NCBI RefSeq assembly: GCF_001194135.2
Contig: NC_068983.1
Span: forward strand, 126,079,038-126,115,517
Reading direction: 5' to 3'
DNA length: 36,480 bases
Source of the DNA: Octopus bimaculoides
Taxonomy: Eukaryota
Shown: positions 23,615 to 36,480 of the stretch, piece by piece
How the letters are laid out: the number at the start of each line of letters is the position of its first letter
Position numbering within the stretch: the first letter of the stretch is position 1
Notes under the pieces: generated by a model
Databases searched by the model: none
Told to the model about the DNA's origin: nothing
The model's input: the letters and a program-made list of their open reading frames with translations, nothing else
Program-made: the position numbers and the translations under genes

Positions 23615-25646
23615 CGCTGGCCAACAAATTCTAACTTTATTCTACTGACGTACGTTTCAAATCTATTTTGGGGGTAATTTGGGGTCCCTAAGAGTTAAAA
23701 TGGGAATAGTAGTATTCTATCACGTCGACATTTTTTTCTATGGGCTGGTCCATATTGGCCCCACCTGTAGGTCAATGTTTCAGAAATTGCTCGATGTGTT
23801 TTTCGTAAGGTACGCTTGCAGTAAGTCTCAGTGTCAATTGAGCGTTCAGTGGGGGAGGATGTGACGCTCTGGCGATCTAGTATATTTACCTGCGTAGAAG
23901 TGTATTTCCTAATAAATGTGTGCTCGAACTTCGACCGTCTTAATTTGTGTTGTTAATCTCTTTTTACTATCAACAAATATATAAAAGATATCATTTCTGT
24001 TGAATATTTATTTTATGTATGTGTTTAGACATCAGCTTAGACAAACCTAGATATATAAATATATTCTGTATTATTTTCTCTCCTGGGGGTTCGGTAGCAT
24101 GGTGTTACTACGAAGGAAATGTTTGAATCCCCAAGACACTTTTTGTTTTATATGTGGGTGTTTTACAGTACCAGTTCAAATAATGAACATTGGTGACTTT
24201 GTGAAAAGATCCTACTTCACTTTCTTTACGTTTAAATTTGCTGGTCAGGACACGTCCTGGGCTCCGCACAATTTATGTAAACCCTCTGTCGAAACTTTTA
24301 CGCCAATTGACAAAGGACACCAGGAAACCACTAACATTTAGCATTCGTATGGTATGGTGGCAGACAAAAGAAAAAAAAACAGATAAACGATTGCTACTTT
24401 TGTCTCACAAAGACCTCTGGTTATAGGAAGAGAACGCGACAGAAAATGTTATTCAAATCTGGATTCAACAACCCGTTTTCAAGGATCTACCTCTACTGCA
24501 AGATGTAAGTGATATATGTGAAGTAGAAGTAAATCATGAACATGACAGTGATACAGACATTTTAGAAACATCAACCAAAGAACATGAAAACATCGACCAA
24601 GCATAACTTATGATTTAGTTAGAGACCTAGGACTGTTAAAAGAGTATCATAATTGTTAGCTTCTAGGTTTAGAGAGAATAATCTATTGCAGAAAGAAACA
24701 AACGTGACTTTTTAACAAAACTGTCTTTTTATCTGAACTGGAAAATATTTTGCTTACTCTTTTGACATGACGGGACTGTTAAACATGATGGGTGTTGAAC
24801 AGTACGATCTTAGTGAATGGAAACTCTAGATAGTTCAAAGAGGAGCCTAAAGTGTGTATTACTCCGTAATGGAAAATTGTTTGGTGCGTTTCCTATTGGT
24901 TAGTTAGTGCAGATAAAAGAGGATTTTGATTACATAAAAGTTGTATTAGATTCCCTCAAGTATTATGAACATAAATGGGTCATATGTCTGGATCTAGAAA
25001 TGATCGTCTTGCTTGGCCAATATCCGTATTTCATGTGTTTATGGTATAGTCGAGTGAGAGACAAATATTGGGAGCAGAAACTCTTGCCAGTTAGTAAGAG
25101 TTTGCCATTTGGGAAGAAGAATATCATCTAGGAACTATATGTTGAGGGAGCGAAAATCATCCACTCCCTTCATATTAAACTAGGACTAATGAAGATATCA
25201 AAGATATCAAGGCGGATGGAGCACACACATGACGGCGGACTACTGTGGGAGTGTTCAAAGAGACTGTGTAGACATGAAACACTCCTGATGCTTTCGAAAG
25301 CGAAATTTTGTTTCGTGATTGTGAAGACATATGCATGATTATTTGTGTTTTATCCATCATATTAGAGAATTAACAGTATGTATTTAGTAAAATGTGTTGC
25401 CATTTTACATTTCATTTATCATTTCATATTCTATTGACATCATAACATATGGTCTGACGCTAAAAGACTTAGTAAACAATCCTGAGCAAGTAGATTATTT
25501 ATAGAGTACATCATAAGGAAGGAATATGCTACAGAATGAAAACCTTATGTTAGAAAAAAATAGATATCACATTTGAAATCAACAACTAAGAATTAACTAA
25601 AAACAATCACAACACCAAAGTCACCAAAGAGGTGTGTTGACCAGTG
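23615..25646 (+). mobile_element. Chapaev3-type (CMC) DNA transposon, internally deleted
   Basis: TIR cgctggccaaca / tgttgaccagtg (10 of 12 match), TAA on both sides. Transposase remnants CLNPQDTFCFICG, DQD-like WAPHNLC, KWVICLDLEM, FMCLWYSR, PLHIKLGLMK, DYCG. Confidence 0.85.
24099..25320 (+). pseudogene. Chapaev3 transposase pseudogene
   Basis: ORF pieces 24099-24341 and 24907-25131 plus LHIKLGLMK near 25170; frameshifts; region between GLMK and the C-terminal QDI..ME segment is missing. Confidence 0.8.
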
Positions 25647-25869
25647 TAATCCGTCAAATAATACTGGTTATTACTAGAAGCTGACTTAACCCCACGGATT
25701 ACAAACGAGTGGAATTTTCTAAAATTGCCTGAAGGCCATCGCAAAATTATTCACAGATTTGGCGGTTATCCAGAAGTCGTACCGAAACTTATTAAACATT
25801 GACTGATAAATGACAAAGCGTTCTTAGACGGTTTTGGAACAGAAAGGACAGTCAGTACAACAGGAAAAT

Positions 25870-26110
25870 AAGTAAGGCATTTGTTGTATACGTCACTTCC
25901 CGGACCGGGCTGTGTGTTGTGTTCTTGAGCAAGGCACTTTATTTCACTTTGCTCATGTCCAATCAGCTACAGAAATGAGTTGCGACATCACTAGTGCCAA
26001 ACCGTATCTGCCTTTGACTTTCCCTTGAATAACGTCATTGTCGTGGAGAGGGGATTCTTGTATGCATGAATGTCTGGCTGGTCTTCCATAAACAAGCATG
26101 CTTAAGATTT
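25870..26110 (+). mobile_element. CORE-type SINE, decayed
   Basis: gtgttgtgttcttgagcaaggcactttatttcactttgctc...cagctacagaaatgagt resembles the conserved CORE/V-SINE central domain. Confidence 0.6.
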
Positions 26111-28544
26111 GAGTTTGCTTCATTAGATATCTAATTTGCAGAGAGGTAGAATACTTCAGTTGACATTCTCACCCCAGAATATACACAAGAATTCTTTTTT
26201 AAATGAAAGCAAGTATATTACGTACATATATATTTTAGAATGCTTAGGGCACAAATCTTCACCTCATTACCATAAACCTGTTGCTTGAAAACTTTTGACA
26301 CGCATGGACCTTGAGCAAGCTCTTCATTTTACGTTGATATATTCCTCGTTGCTTATGTGTTCTAAATGGATGATGGTGCAACTCTCTTCCCCTGTATCTC
26401 ACGCATCCTAGATATTTCTCGTAGGTGTCTCCACGCGATTGCATTTGCTCTGAAGACTATTCGCAAACGTTTGGCATATGACAGCAAAACAATAGGTGCT
26501 AGTGATAAACAAACGACGAAGACTTACAATCCCCTGATTGACCAACACAGCCCACACTAATTATATTCTGAAAAGTAAATGAAAACAGGAAACAGACATA
26601 TAGAAGCTGAGAATCAGACGTGAATGAATGCCTTAGTGGATTGCTAAATTGCAATCTGCTGATAACATATAACAATATTTCACTTAATACAATTTACGAA
26701 ATTCACGAGATGTTGAAGCTGATTTCCTCTATATGCATTAGAAGCAACAGTGTCATATACGCACGCGCACACAGGAGCGCATACCTACACACACAAGCAC
26801 ACATGCACAAATACACACAAATACACAAATACACATAAATGACGTTACATCCTTTGTTTAAGATCTTTGATTATGTTGTCAGCAATTTCATAGGTATGTG
26901 TTGAATAATGATGCCTGATAAAGACCATAGTGTTCCTGTAATTAGAGAGTGAAAAACATCAACACTGTTATGTTCAGACAACGTTTCCAGTAAAGAGTTG
27001 AGGGACAGAGGATTTTCTATAGTCTAAGTAAAGATATTTGAATATGACATAGTACAATAAATCCCATTTATGTATACATGAACATTATAAAATTTATATT
27101 AAGATAATTGCATAAATCAATAAGCATTACTACTAATCTTTAGAAAAATCTTCATTGTGTGTAAATCATAATTACCTAATGATAATATGTTTATCTTTAA
27201 AATATCTAACGAATACATAATTGGAGTAAAAGTTTCTTTCTAGTACAGAGCAATTTTTTTTCACGAATAAATATTAAGTGTAATAATCCTGATAATAATC
27301 TATTTGTACTACAGGAGATTTGCTTCTACTGCCATTTAGATAAAGTCAAAGAGAAACGCCTATTGGTTCAGTGGACGTTTCTGATTCCTTCCTTTTTCAA
27401 CTGGAGTGAGCGTGGCCATAGTTTATCTCCACAATATGAGTGTTTGCATGGTCATGGCTGATCATCCGCCACAGTAACTATCAAAAACATTTGCAGGTCT
27501 TTCATTGTGGAAATTTGGTAAATATGGTAAAAGACCACCGGGAAAGAAGGAATGGCAGATGAGAGAGGACCGAGGGCAATGAACATATATTATGTATAGT
27601 GCTGCTTCTACAAAGAAAAGATGAGATGATGACTGAAGAGAACACGAATGTAGTGTGCATGCAGATAGATATATCAAGGAGTATTGGAACAGCTGACTGA
27701 ATATTTGAGAGAGGATAAGAATTAAGTGAAATGTAGTACGAATAAAAATACACCCAATCGAAAACTCTACTTCATTGCTTCCTGCCCAAAATTTGTAAAA
27801 TGATTTGTACCTAATACAGTTCTATATTTCATTTGTAGCTCGTGAACAATGAAGTACTTTTGTAACTTTGAAACAGTTTGACAAGTAATGAGATCCAGTA
27901 TATATAAAGTTATGAGATTTCGCTATTATAAATCTTCATTAGTGAATCGGTCAAGCATTTGTAAAGACTTCTTTGTTGCATGTTTTTCACGATGAAGTAA
28001 GAAAAGATGTGAGTCTCTTCATCCACAGGTATAAATATAAAATTGAAACTTTTTGGACACAGTTTGAGGCGACTGTTGTTATTGTTAGGCCTAACTCATC
28101 GTAAAATAGGTATCACCACGATCCATATCCAAACTACAGTGGGAAATACCAGCAACTGTATTTGGTTAAAAAGAGGCGATGAGCGATAGCTGGAAGTATA
28201 TTGTGCTTTATTTGATAACCAGTTGATATAGCAAGGTGCGCCTCATATCAGTGGTGGGGGTGGAGACGGTGTGCATTGATACCGTCGAGAAGTAGGCCCC
28301 GAAACGGTGCGCATTCTCTCCTGATGACCCCATTAATTTGCTGGCTCCCGGTATGCGGAACTCTCGACTAGTAAAACTTGCATGTGTAAGTTGTTTGCAA
28401 AACATCAGTGCGTATCTTAGAAAACAGTCTTATCATTATGAGGAATCTCATATCTATCCTACTCCTTGTGTAGTGGGGTGCGTATGTTTTTAGGGCTGAT
28501 ATGTGGGGTCAAGCTTGGAATTGAATTAGAGAACAAATTGTATC

Positions 28545-28640
28545 AGTCATCAACTCATCGTCGTCGTCGATGTCATCATCGTCGTTATCATCATCATTAG
28601 TAGGATTACAATACTCATCATTACCATCATGATGATCCCT
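28545..28640. repeat. (TCA/TCG)n low-complexity tract
   Basis: tcatcgtcgtcg...tcatcatca. Confidence 0.85.
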
Positions 28641-28949
28641 CTTACGTCCATTTATAGATACTTTCATGTATATGACAAAATCTGAACGCAGATTTCGCCA
28701 ATTGTTGTTGTTTCTTTCATAACTTTTCATAACCCTTCACAACATTTCTCCGTACTTTCTTTGCTCTTCGCTAATGGGTTCTTTTATTTTGATCGGAAGT
28801 AACCTGACACGTATTCCGCGACTGTTTCCATCCCATTACTAATCACTTAATCACTTTGTATTAGATTCACATATTTTACTACAGAAAAGCATTAAACTTT
28901 GCTCAGAAGCATCTGTCTTCTATTTTATGAGAGATTTTGTCGTCAGGAG

Positions 28950-30300
28950 AGTTAAAAACCTCACTAAATTTACACTCGTTACACTGCTATAGGAAGGTCC
29001 ACGAGAAATGCTAAGATCAGCTGGGAAACAGTAGCTATGAACTACTTTGAAGATACCTTCAAACCTGAAATGATAATCTTCATGGCTGCATTTTCTGTCA
29101 GATGATCTGTACATCGGTTACCTGTGGTATTTCCGTATTTCACAAATGCGCCAGTGATAAGACAGAGCTAGTTATATACTCTTGATATTGTATTGAGTAC
29201 ATCATCAGAAATTCCTTTATGTGCTTATCTGCATTTAAGTTGCCGAGTCCTTTCATTGCAATAAAAATATATAGTATTTCCCACAAGGGAAAACATCGGT
29301 TTTTCACTAGTATAACTTTGAAGTTTCTCAATTCAAATGGTTTTAATGTTTCAACTTATTTCTATTTGAACATCACCTGTCCACCTCAGAAAACTAAACT
29401 TATTGTTATGCCAGATATCCCCCAGGGCAACTCTTCAGCTGTGGTTGGAATAATTAATATATTCAATAAAGATCCAAGAGCTGCCCCTTGATGAATTAAT
29501 GTGCTTGTTAAATTTCTAGATCACTCTTCTAACATTTAGATAGCTGATGGCATGCTTATATATATATATATATATATATAGCGTGTAGAACACACACATG
29601 CCACTTCTTTATCTCTAATTCCTCTGTGACATCTATGATACACGGCATGATATCTACTAAAACTTTTCACAATTTTATAGGTTTTTGATTTTCTTATGCC
29701 CTAAAAAAGTTTACTTCTTGACTCACTACAAAGAATCCTTTGAAAGTAATTCACACTGACAGTGAGGTTAAGTTCATACCATCTCACTTTCTAATCAATT
29801 GTGCCAAAATTTCATTCTCATACTTTCTTATTTGTTCCTTAATTTTCTGTTCGTGCACGCGTTTTTTTTTTGTTTTTTTTTTTCAGGAACACCTTTGCAT
29901 CAGTTGACATCATCTTTAGCGAATTGGTATGACATTGCCCTTTAGTAGTCGATTCGTTATGCAAATCTGCCAGGAATTTCCAGCATTTAATTTTTCTACG
30001 TAATACTGATAATTAATTACGAATTTGTTATATAGTTTCGCTTCGCCCGTATGGATATATCTATTGCACTGTTCCGCGACTATGTCACACATTTGACTGA
30101 AAATTTTCCCGTCTACGGATTTGGTATCACAGCAAGATGTTTCGTATAAATTTCGTGTTTACTTTGTAAGCTATGTGCCACTCTCCTCTCCACCTCAATA
30201 CACGCGTAAGCTAGAACTTCTTTGAGGCAACATCTAAAGTAGAGACATTTTGGCTTCTATAATTTTCTTCTTCAAGTAGTCTTGCTTTTTGTATCCATTA
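28950..30300 (+). pseudogene. Decayed coding-like region with weak cadherin-repeat resemblance
   Basis: FTNAPVIRQS*LYTLDI; FNVSTYFYLNITCPPQ..VMPDIPQGNSSAVVGIINIFNKD; GTPLHQLTS after a strong acceptor near 29886; QQDVSYKFRVYF. No DxNDN motif seen. Confidence 0.25.
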
Positions 30301-32427
30301 TACCGATAATCATTAATTTATGTGGATAATTTTGCAATTTTAACAAGGTATACAAAATTCACTCTGAATGTTGTAGACATTTTTTTCTTCTGAGTATGAA
30401 TTATATAGGGCTCGAATGTTAGCCTTCCTTATAAGTCATGAAATAGTTGAAAGATTTTCTAAAGTTAATGCTGAAAACCTAGATTCAAAAACTACTCTTC
30501 CCGTTTCACTCCGTACGCTATAACAGTAGGGCTTGATTTATCATATTTTTCATTCCTTTGTATATCATATATTGGTGATCTTTTTTTCTCATTCGTCGGA
30601 CAACAAGCTAGTTGTTTTACCGAAAATTACTCTACAACTCTGCATAAAGCGATTTTGAAGGATATTTATCGTGTTATTTTCACTAGAGAAGTTGTATGGC
30701 TGGGCTGAATCGTTCCTTAATCTTTAAATATGTTTTATCCCTTCATCCTAGACGAAGTATATTGTTTGCGGCTTGTGGTATCTACGTTTGTACTCCTATA
30801 AACGGCTACATGAATGCCAGCATCCTGAAAACCTGGTTTTCAGTATAGCTGTGAGAAAATATCTTCCTATATTATGTCGAAAGGGGCGCAGTACGACAAG
30901 TAGTAGAATGAGTCGTAAAATGAGGTAGTGGCTTTCAATATTGTATTTATCAACGTTGAAATATTTCCTGTCTGTAATGGTTTTAAAATAGTTCTTTTTT
31001 TGTTTTTAATAATATCTGTGAGTTATATCTCCCTCGTAAAGGGTGCCACGATATAACTTATATGCAGATAGGGAAAGATAGCAAGCATACTCGTCAAAAT
31101 GAGTATTTTTTTTATCTCTCTGTAACGATGTTGATAAAAACTTTAACACCGGATTTCTACTGGCTGTAAGAGCGGGATGGAAAGAGAGAGGGGGAGAAGC
31201 AAAGATAGAGAGAGATAGACAGACTGAGATAAAGAATGAGAGAAGGATGACAGTGGGTCTTTGTGTTGGGGTAAAAGAACTCCATCAAGTTATATGGTTA
31301 ACAGAACGTCAATAATAAGGGCTGCGGCACACTTATTTTTATTTGTCCTATCGTTTGTGTAGGCTTCTGATTAACAAAATAATTTTGCTCCAAATTATTA
31401 TTTTTAAGTATTAGTAATCGGAAGTTCTATTCTACGTACGTATCGATTTGTTTGTGAATAACAGGATCAACGTCCTGTAAATGCACTCTTGACTGCTTTA
31501 TACGTATCTTTTATTCAACAACAAAATAAGTATAATCCTTTCAATATTTTTCTCTTGGAAATTAATTACGTAGAAGCATATATGTTGTAATAAATACCTG
31601 TACAGCGTTATTCTATTAGAGAATAACATGCTGGTAATATCCCCCCCCCCCCCAAAAAAAATAAAAGAGAAACTTGTTCCGAAATAATCTTCCAATATTC
31701 GACCGTACATATGAACAACTCGCACATACTGATGCATTAGATAGGCGATATTCTCCTCGCCAGAATGTATCAAGTTACGTTTTCAGAGTACACCTAACAT
31801 GTTTATATTTTAGATATAAGCACAAAAATGTTATTGATGAAAAAATTACAGCAGAAAATAAATTGGAATAGACAAATATTTCGTAGATATGAGAGCTCTC
31901 GTGTTATTTAAAAGTTCAATCACAATCTAAAATAGCTGATAACATTTCTCTGAATATGCATAGTGTTTTTTCTTACCTTGGAAATTTAAAAAATTTCTAC
32001 CAAGCTGCTTTGAAGAGAGATAGTGAAGTCTATTTCAGAAGAAGAAACTAGCTAACGATGAGAATATATGTTATCTATTTCTGATCAAAGGGGAATCATT
32101 TTGCTCAAGGTAACTTTTGTTTATAGTACAACGCATGAAAGTAAAGAAAAGTTCTCGATTGCATTAAAGTTTGTACTTGAGACCTACATTATTTTATAGA
32201 TCCCCACTATATAATAAAAGCAAAAGTTTACATTTGTTGGATTTGAAATCAGAAGATGGAGATCCAGAACAAATGCCATTAAGCATTTCTTCGCTGCTAT
32301 AGTCATTTTTCCAACGCGTTACCTTTACTCAAACTGCCAATACTGTTTAGTTATGTATGAAAATATCAGTATACGTTTATTTTAATATTAACGCTTATGA
32401 CTACCTTCAGCGCTGTACTCATCGTTT

Positions 32428-32600
32428 TCACCACCACCACCACCACAACCAGCACCACCACCAGCACCACCACCAGCACCACCACCACGCCATCATTATC
32501 ATCATCATCATAATCATCATCATCATCATCATCATCACCATCACCAGCTGCAACATCGTCGTCATCATCACAATATCAATACAATATCATCACAATAGCA
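32428..32600. repeat. (CAC/CAG/CAT)n trinucleotide tract
   Basis: Explains the poly-H/I stretch of ORF 32357-32623. Confidence 0.95.
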
Positions 32601-33862
32601 CATCACGAAAGTTCCCATCATAACCATCCTGCTAACTGCCACCATTATATGCATTACATTTTCCTATATCATACCCGTTCCATTCTCATTATCGGTATGA
32701 ACATTATATCAGTCATTTATTATCCAATATTTGCATCTTTGATACTATAATTAAAGTTATCAGTGCATAACACTTACTTAAAATATTAACTTTTATTTCA
32801 ATGTGCTTTTGTAAATCTTTGAAAGATCGATGTGCGTAATGTGCTTTTGTAGAACATTAGAAGAATGACGTCTGTCTGTCATGTGGCTTCAACTAGTAAG
32901 AAAACCAAAATCTATAGTCGGATTGTCTGGCTGTTTGATATATAAAACTATAGATACTGTTTCTATTGACAAAACAGAACATTCTCACCATAAATCTAAT
33001 TACGCGCCTACAAATTCACGAAACAAATTTAAATGAGTTTATTAATGCATACAGACGGAAAATAGTATATAGAAAATGTCAGGTACTCATTATAAATAAC
33101 CTCAGACGAAATTATAACACACATTGCGATTTCTAATGTATTAACAATTCAAAGCTCAAACTTAGCAGCATTTAAATAGCGCCATTTTCTTTCAAATGAA
33201 ATTATATTAGCAATCAGCCAAATCTATTTAAATTTAAAGACTAGACAAATTTCCTAGTTTGAAGCTACGCATCGAGAGAATCTCATAAAATTTCTATTCA
33301 GCATAATTTGCATATCTCTTGCAGAAGTTCTAATAAGAAATAACGATACTTAGCAATAATATTGAATGAATAATTTAGCGTTAACCGTAAAGCGTAATTA
33401 CTACCGCTCCAAGAAAATTGAGAATAGAGAAATATTGAATGATACCTCGGTGATATATTTAATTTATAATTGAATTGAAGATATGCTGATATACATCAAA
33501 TTAAGCGCCGTCACAACTACCAAAACTAATGCTAAATTAATCAGCATCGTCTCAAACGTAACAATCATCATCATCGTCTTCATCTTCGCTATCGTCGTCG
33601 CGTCATGATCATCATCCCGATTTTGTTCTACATTAACGACAACAATATCCAGTGAGCGAGGGTAGAGAAATGGAAATCCCCCCCCCCTCGCATCTATACT
33701 GTCAACAATTGAAATTTTACTTTGAACAATGTAGTCCTATAGTTATGTTATCAATGACAATCTGATTTCAATTCCAAACCGACTTCGATCGCAGATCATT
33801 ACAATTGGGTTGAACATTTGGTCAACAGCAACAACAATAGCAACAACAACAACTAAGACATC

Positions 33863-33920
33863 TGTGGAATTTGAACTCAGAACATAAAGTGAGAAGAAAT
33901 GCTGCGAAGCATATTGTCCT
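33863..33920 (-). mobile_element. SINE head fragment
   Basis: ggaatttgaactcagaacataaag...aaatgctgcgaagcat matches the family at 673-887. Confidence 0.6.
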
Positions 33921-34130
33921 TTGAAACAAATAAGAGACACATCTTCACCCAAATCTCTCTTGATCATACTAACAACGGGAGTACATTGAACAAACAACAC
34001 ATAGCAGACGTGGACTCAGGACGAAATAAAGCCCAGTCACATGATGGAACACATATGAGAAAAATCTGTACCAAAATCACGCTCCATCATGTTATCAATT
34101 GGAATTCATTGAACAAGGTATTATGTATAT

Positions 34131-34752
34131 NNNNNNNNNNNNNNNNNNNNNNNNNNNNNNNNNNNNNNNNNNNNNNNNNNNNNNNNNNNNNNNNNNNNNN
34201 NNNNNNNNNNNNNNNNNNNNNNNNNNNNNNNNNNNNNNNNNNNNNNNNNNNNNNNNNNNNNNNNNNNNNNNNNNNNNNNNNNNNNNNNNNNNNNNNNNNN
34301 NNNNNNNNNNNNNNNNNNNNNNNNNNNNNNNNNNNNNNNNNNNNNNNNNNNNNNNNNNNNNNNNNNNNNNNNNNNNNNNNNNNNNNNNNNNNNNNNNNNN
34401 NNNNNNNNNNNNNNNNNNNNNNNNNNNNNNNNNNNNNNNNNNNNNNNNNNNNNNNNNNNNNNNNNNNNNNNNNNNNNNNNNNNNNNNNNNNNNNNNNNNN
34501 NNNNNNNNNNNNNNNNNNNNNNNNNNNNNNNNNNNNNNNNNNNNNNNNNNNNNNNNNNNNNNNNNNNNNNNNNNNNNNNNNNNNNNNNNNNNNNNNNNNN
34601 NNNNNNNNNNNNNNNNNNNNNNNNNNNNNNNNNNNNNNNNNNNNNNNNNNNNNNNNNNNNNNNNNNNNNNNNNNNNNNNNNNNNNNNNNNNNNNNNNNNN
34701 NNNNNNNNNNNNNNNNNNNNNNNNNNNNNNNNNNNNNNNNNNNNNNNNNNNN
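34131..34752. other. Assembly gap (622 N)
   Basis: N run. Confidence 1.
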
Positions 34753-34850
34753 GTATACGAGAGAAGGACGTGACAAAATAAATGTGGTTACGTGTGAGAA
34801 AATCATTACTCATAAGTATATTGTGAGACGTAGCAGCGAAAACAAGAAAT

Positions 34851-34860
34851 ATCATCATCG

Positions 34861-34891
<31 letters not shown>

Positions 34892-34912
34892 GATCGTCGT
34901 CGTCGTCGTCCT
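34851..34912. repeat. (CAT)n(CGT)n trinucleotide tract
   Basis: catcatcat...cgtcgtcgt. Confidence 0.95.
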
Positions 34913-35449
34913 TCTCTTCTTCCTCGAAATTTTAGCACCCCCCCCCCTATGGAAATAATTCTTAATTTGATTAGTTCACGAAATACTTTCGAAGTAGTAC
35001 TTGTTTATCAACTCAGTTCATAAGATATGGTGTCGAAGTTACAAGAAGGACACAGTGGAAGTGTTATGTTCAGCAATTTATTTACACAAAAAGAATTACA
35101 TTATATTTTTGAGAATTTCAATATATTTAGTTTTCCAAATTTTTGCTGTGCATCTGCGACTTGTCACTTATAGTTTTCCAAATAAATTATTGTGTGTGTG
35201 TTCTGTCAATTCTTATATACATATCAAGATAACTTTCCTTTTCTCCATTTAATGTTTATTATTTATGTTTTATTGAAACGTCCGTCATTTAAACTTGCAA
35301 TTAATTTAGAGTTTGTCACTGAGTTGCTATTAGTTAGATTTACGTTCGGATTCAACGTCTGTATAAGTTTGTACACTTCATTGATACAGTCCCTTTTATT
35401 GCCATTCCTGTGTTTGCTTTTGGACAGAAAGGAGACATAATGTATTACT

Positions 35450-36240
35450 TAGTGGTTTATCAGATAAACTCGTTTATTTTTTTCATATATTATAACATCT
35501 ATTTTCAATCAGTAATTGTAACATATCCGTGAATAATTTATCCTTAGTAACTAATAGACAATGTACGTTGGCAATACTTTGACGTTAGAATTCTCCGTGT
35601 CTTGACTGCTGAACATAAAGATCTACATTTATCTTGTGATTGTTTTTAACAATCTCTTTGCGGATGTGCTCTTGTCAATCCCATGAAACACAAAATAGAT
35701 CCTTGCGTGGATGCAGCTCTGGATTGACACGAAATATCGCTTGCTTGTTGGAATTAAGTCACTCATCTCATTGTTTCCTATTGACGTAAATACAGTCTTT
35801 CTTTTTATTGCCGCTGATAATGCAGCAAGTAAATCTATGTTCGTATCCTCCAGTTACTTGGTGTCGAACAAGCCAAATCGTAGTCATAGAAGAGCATTGG
35901 AATTAGCCTTATTCGTTCCAAAAGTGTCACTTTCCATGCTACGAGTTTTGAGACGTTATGTTACAAACAAAGGTGTCGGGAAAAGCTCTCAACAATTTTT
36001 TAGTGGATTGATGCGGATACTCGGGGATTAGCTTGTTCAATCGATCCTCGTCGAACAGAAACAGTCAATGGGCGTTTGTGAGGTTATAGATACCCTTCTT
36101 GAATGGTGAAAACCAGTTCTGTACAAATCCTGCGCCTTTTCGGTACAAAGCCGATTGTTTCAAGGCACATGTCAGAGATTTTGAACGTGCATAGTAGGAA
36201 ACGTCGAAGTGCACATTTCTTCATCTACTTAACACCTCAT
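35450..36240 (-). mobile_element. Mariner transposase N-terminal/central fragment, decayed
   Basis: LFDEDRLNKLIPEYPHQSTKKL...VNPELHPRKDLFCVSWD...INVDLYVQQ matches mariner FDE.RLN.L..E.P..TTRELA and LHP.K.MLC.WWD. Confidence 0.8.
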
Positions 36241-36440
36241 CGTTATATATCTCAATAGATGCACATTTTAATCAAATATAAAAGCTGATAAATAAAATTT
36301 ATAGAAGAAGAATAGGTACAAAGAGCCAAAAAAACATTGCCATCAAATTATTGTCCGTGTTAATTCAACTAATATTGAAGAGGAACAAATGAAACTAGCT
36401 GAAAACCCAATATACATATATACAAGCATACATACATGCA

Positions 36441-36442
<2 letters not shown>

Positions 36443-36480
<38 letters not shown>
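36443..36480. repeat. (CT)n microsatellite
   Basis: CT run to window end. Confidence 0.97.

Noticed and set aside
28300-28365. CUGAUGA at 28321 near a GAAAC
   Set aside because: Order and spacing do not fit any hammerhead topology; no GAAA follows a stem II.
31813-32302. Possible terminal exons (RYKHKNVIDEKITAENKLE*; SPLYNKSKSLHLLDLKSEDGDPEQMPLSISSLL*)
   Set aside because: Plausible acceptors, but no recognisable domain and no link to upstream exons.
1-36480. CRISPR arrays, rRNA or true tRNA genes
   Set aside because: None seen; the tRNA-like segments are SINE heads and no repeat-spacer array exists.

Overview
AT-rich, microsatellite-dense eukaryotic DNA with two assembly gaps (14589-15460, 34131-34752). 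The SINEs look like the common Octopus tRNA-derived families, so this is probably a coleoid cephalopod genome (inference). I find no intact protein-coding gene. The window holds a decayed multi-exon MAM-domain-like pseudogene (+, about 164-7830), a decayed Mag-type Gypsy retrotransposon (about 15600-19900), a Chapaev3-type DNA transposon with both ends and a TAA target duplication (23615-25646), two mariner fragments, LINE fragments and several SINEs. The most notable signal is four type I hammerhead ribozyme motifs from three unrelated sequence families. One has a canonical core inside an inverted-plus-tandem ~310-340 nt retrozyme/Penelope-like repeat (19940-20620), and its second copy there is degenerate. 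One is a minimal motif with a compensatory U3-A8 core (10740-10784). One has a long stem II (15478-15551). All structures and protein resemblances were read by eye; no searches or folding were run.
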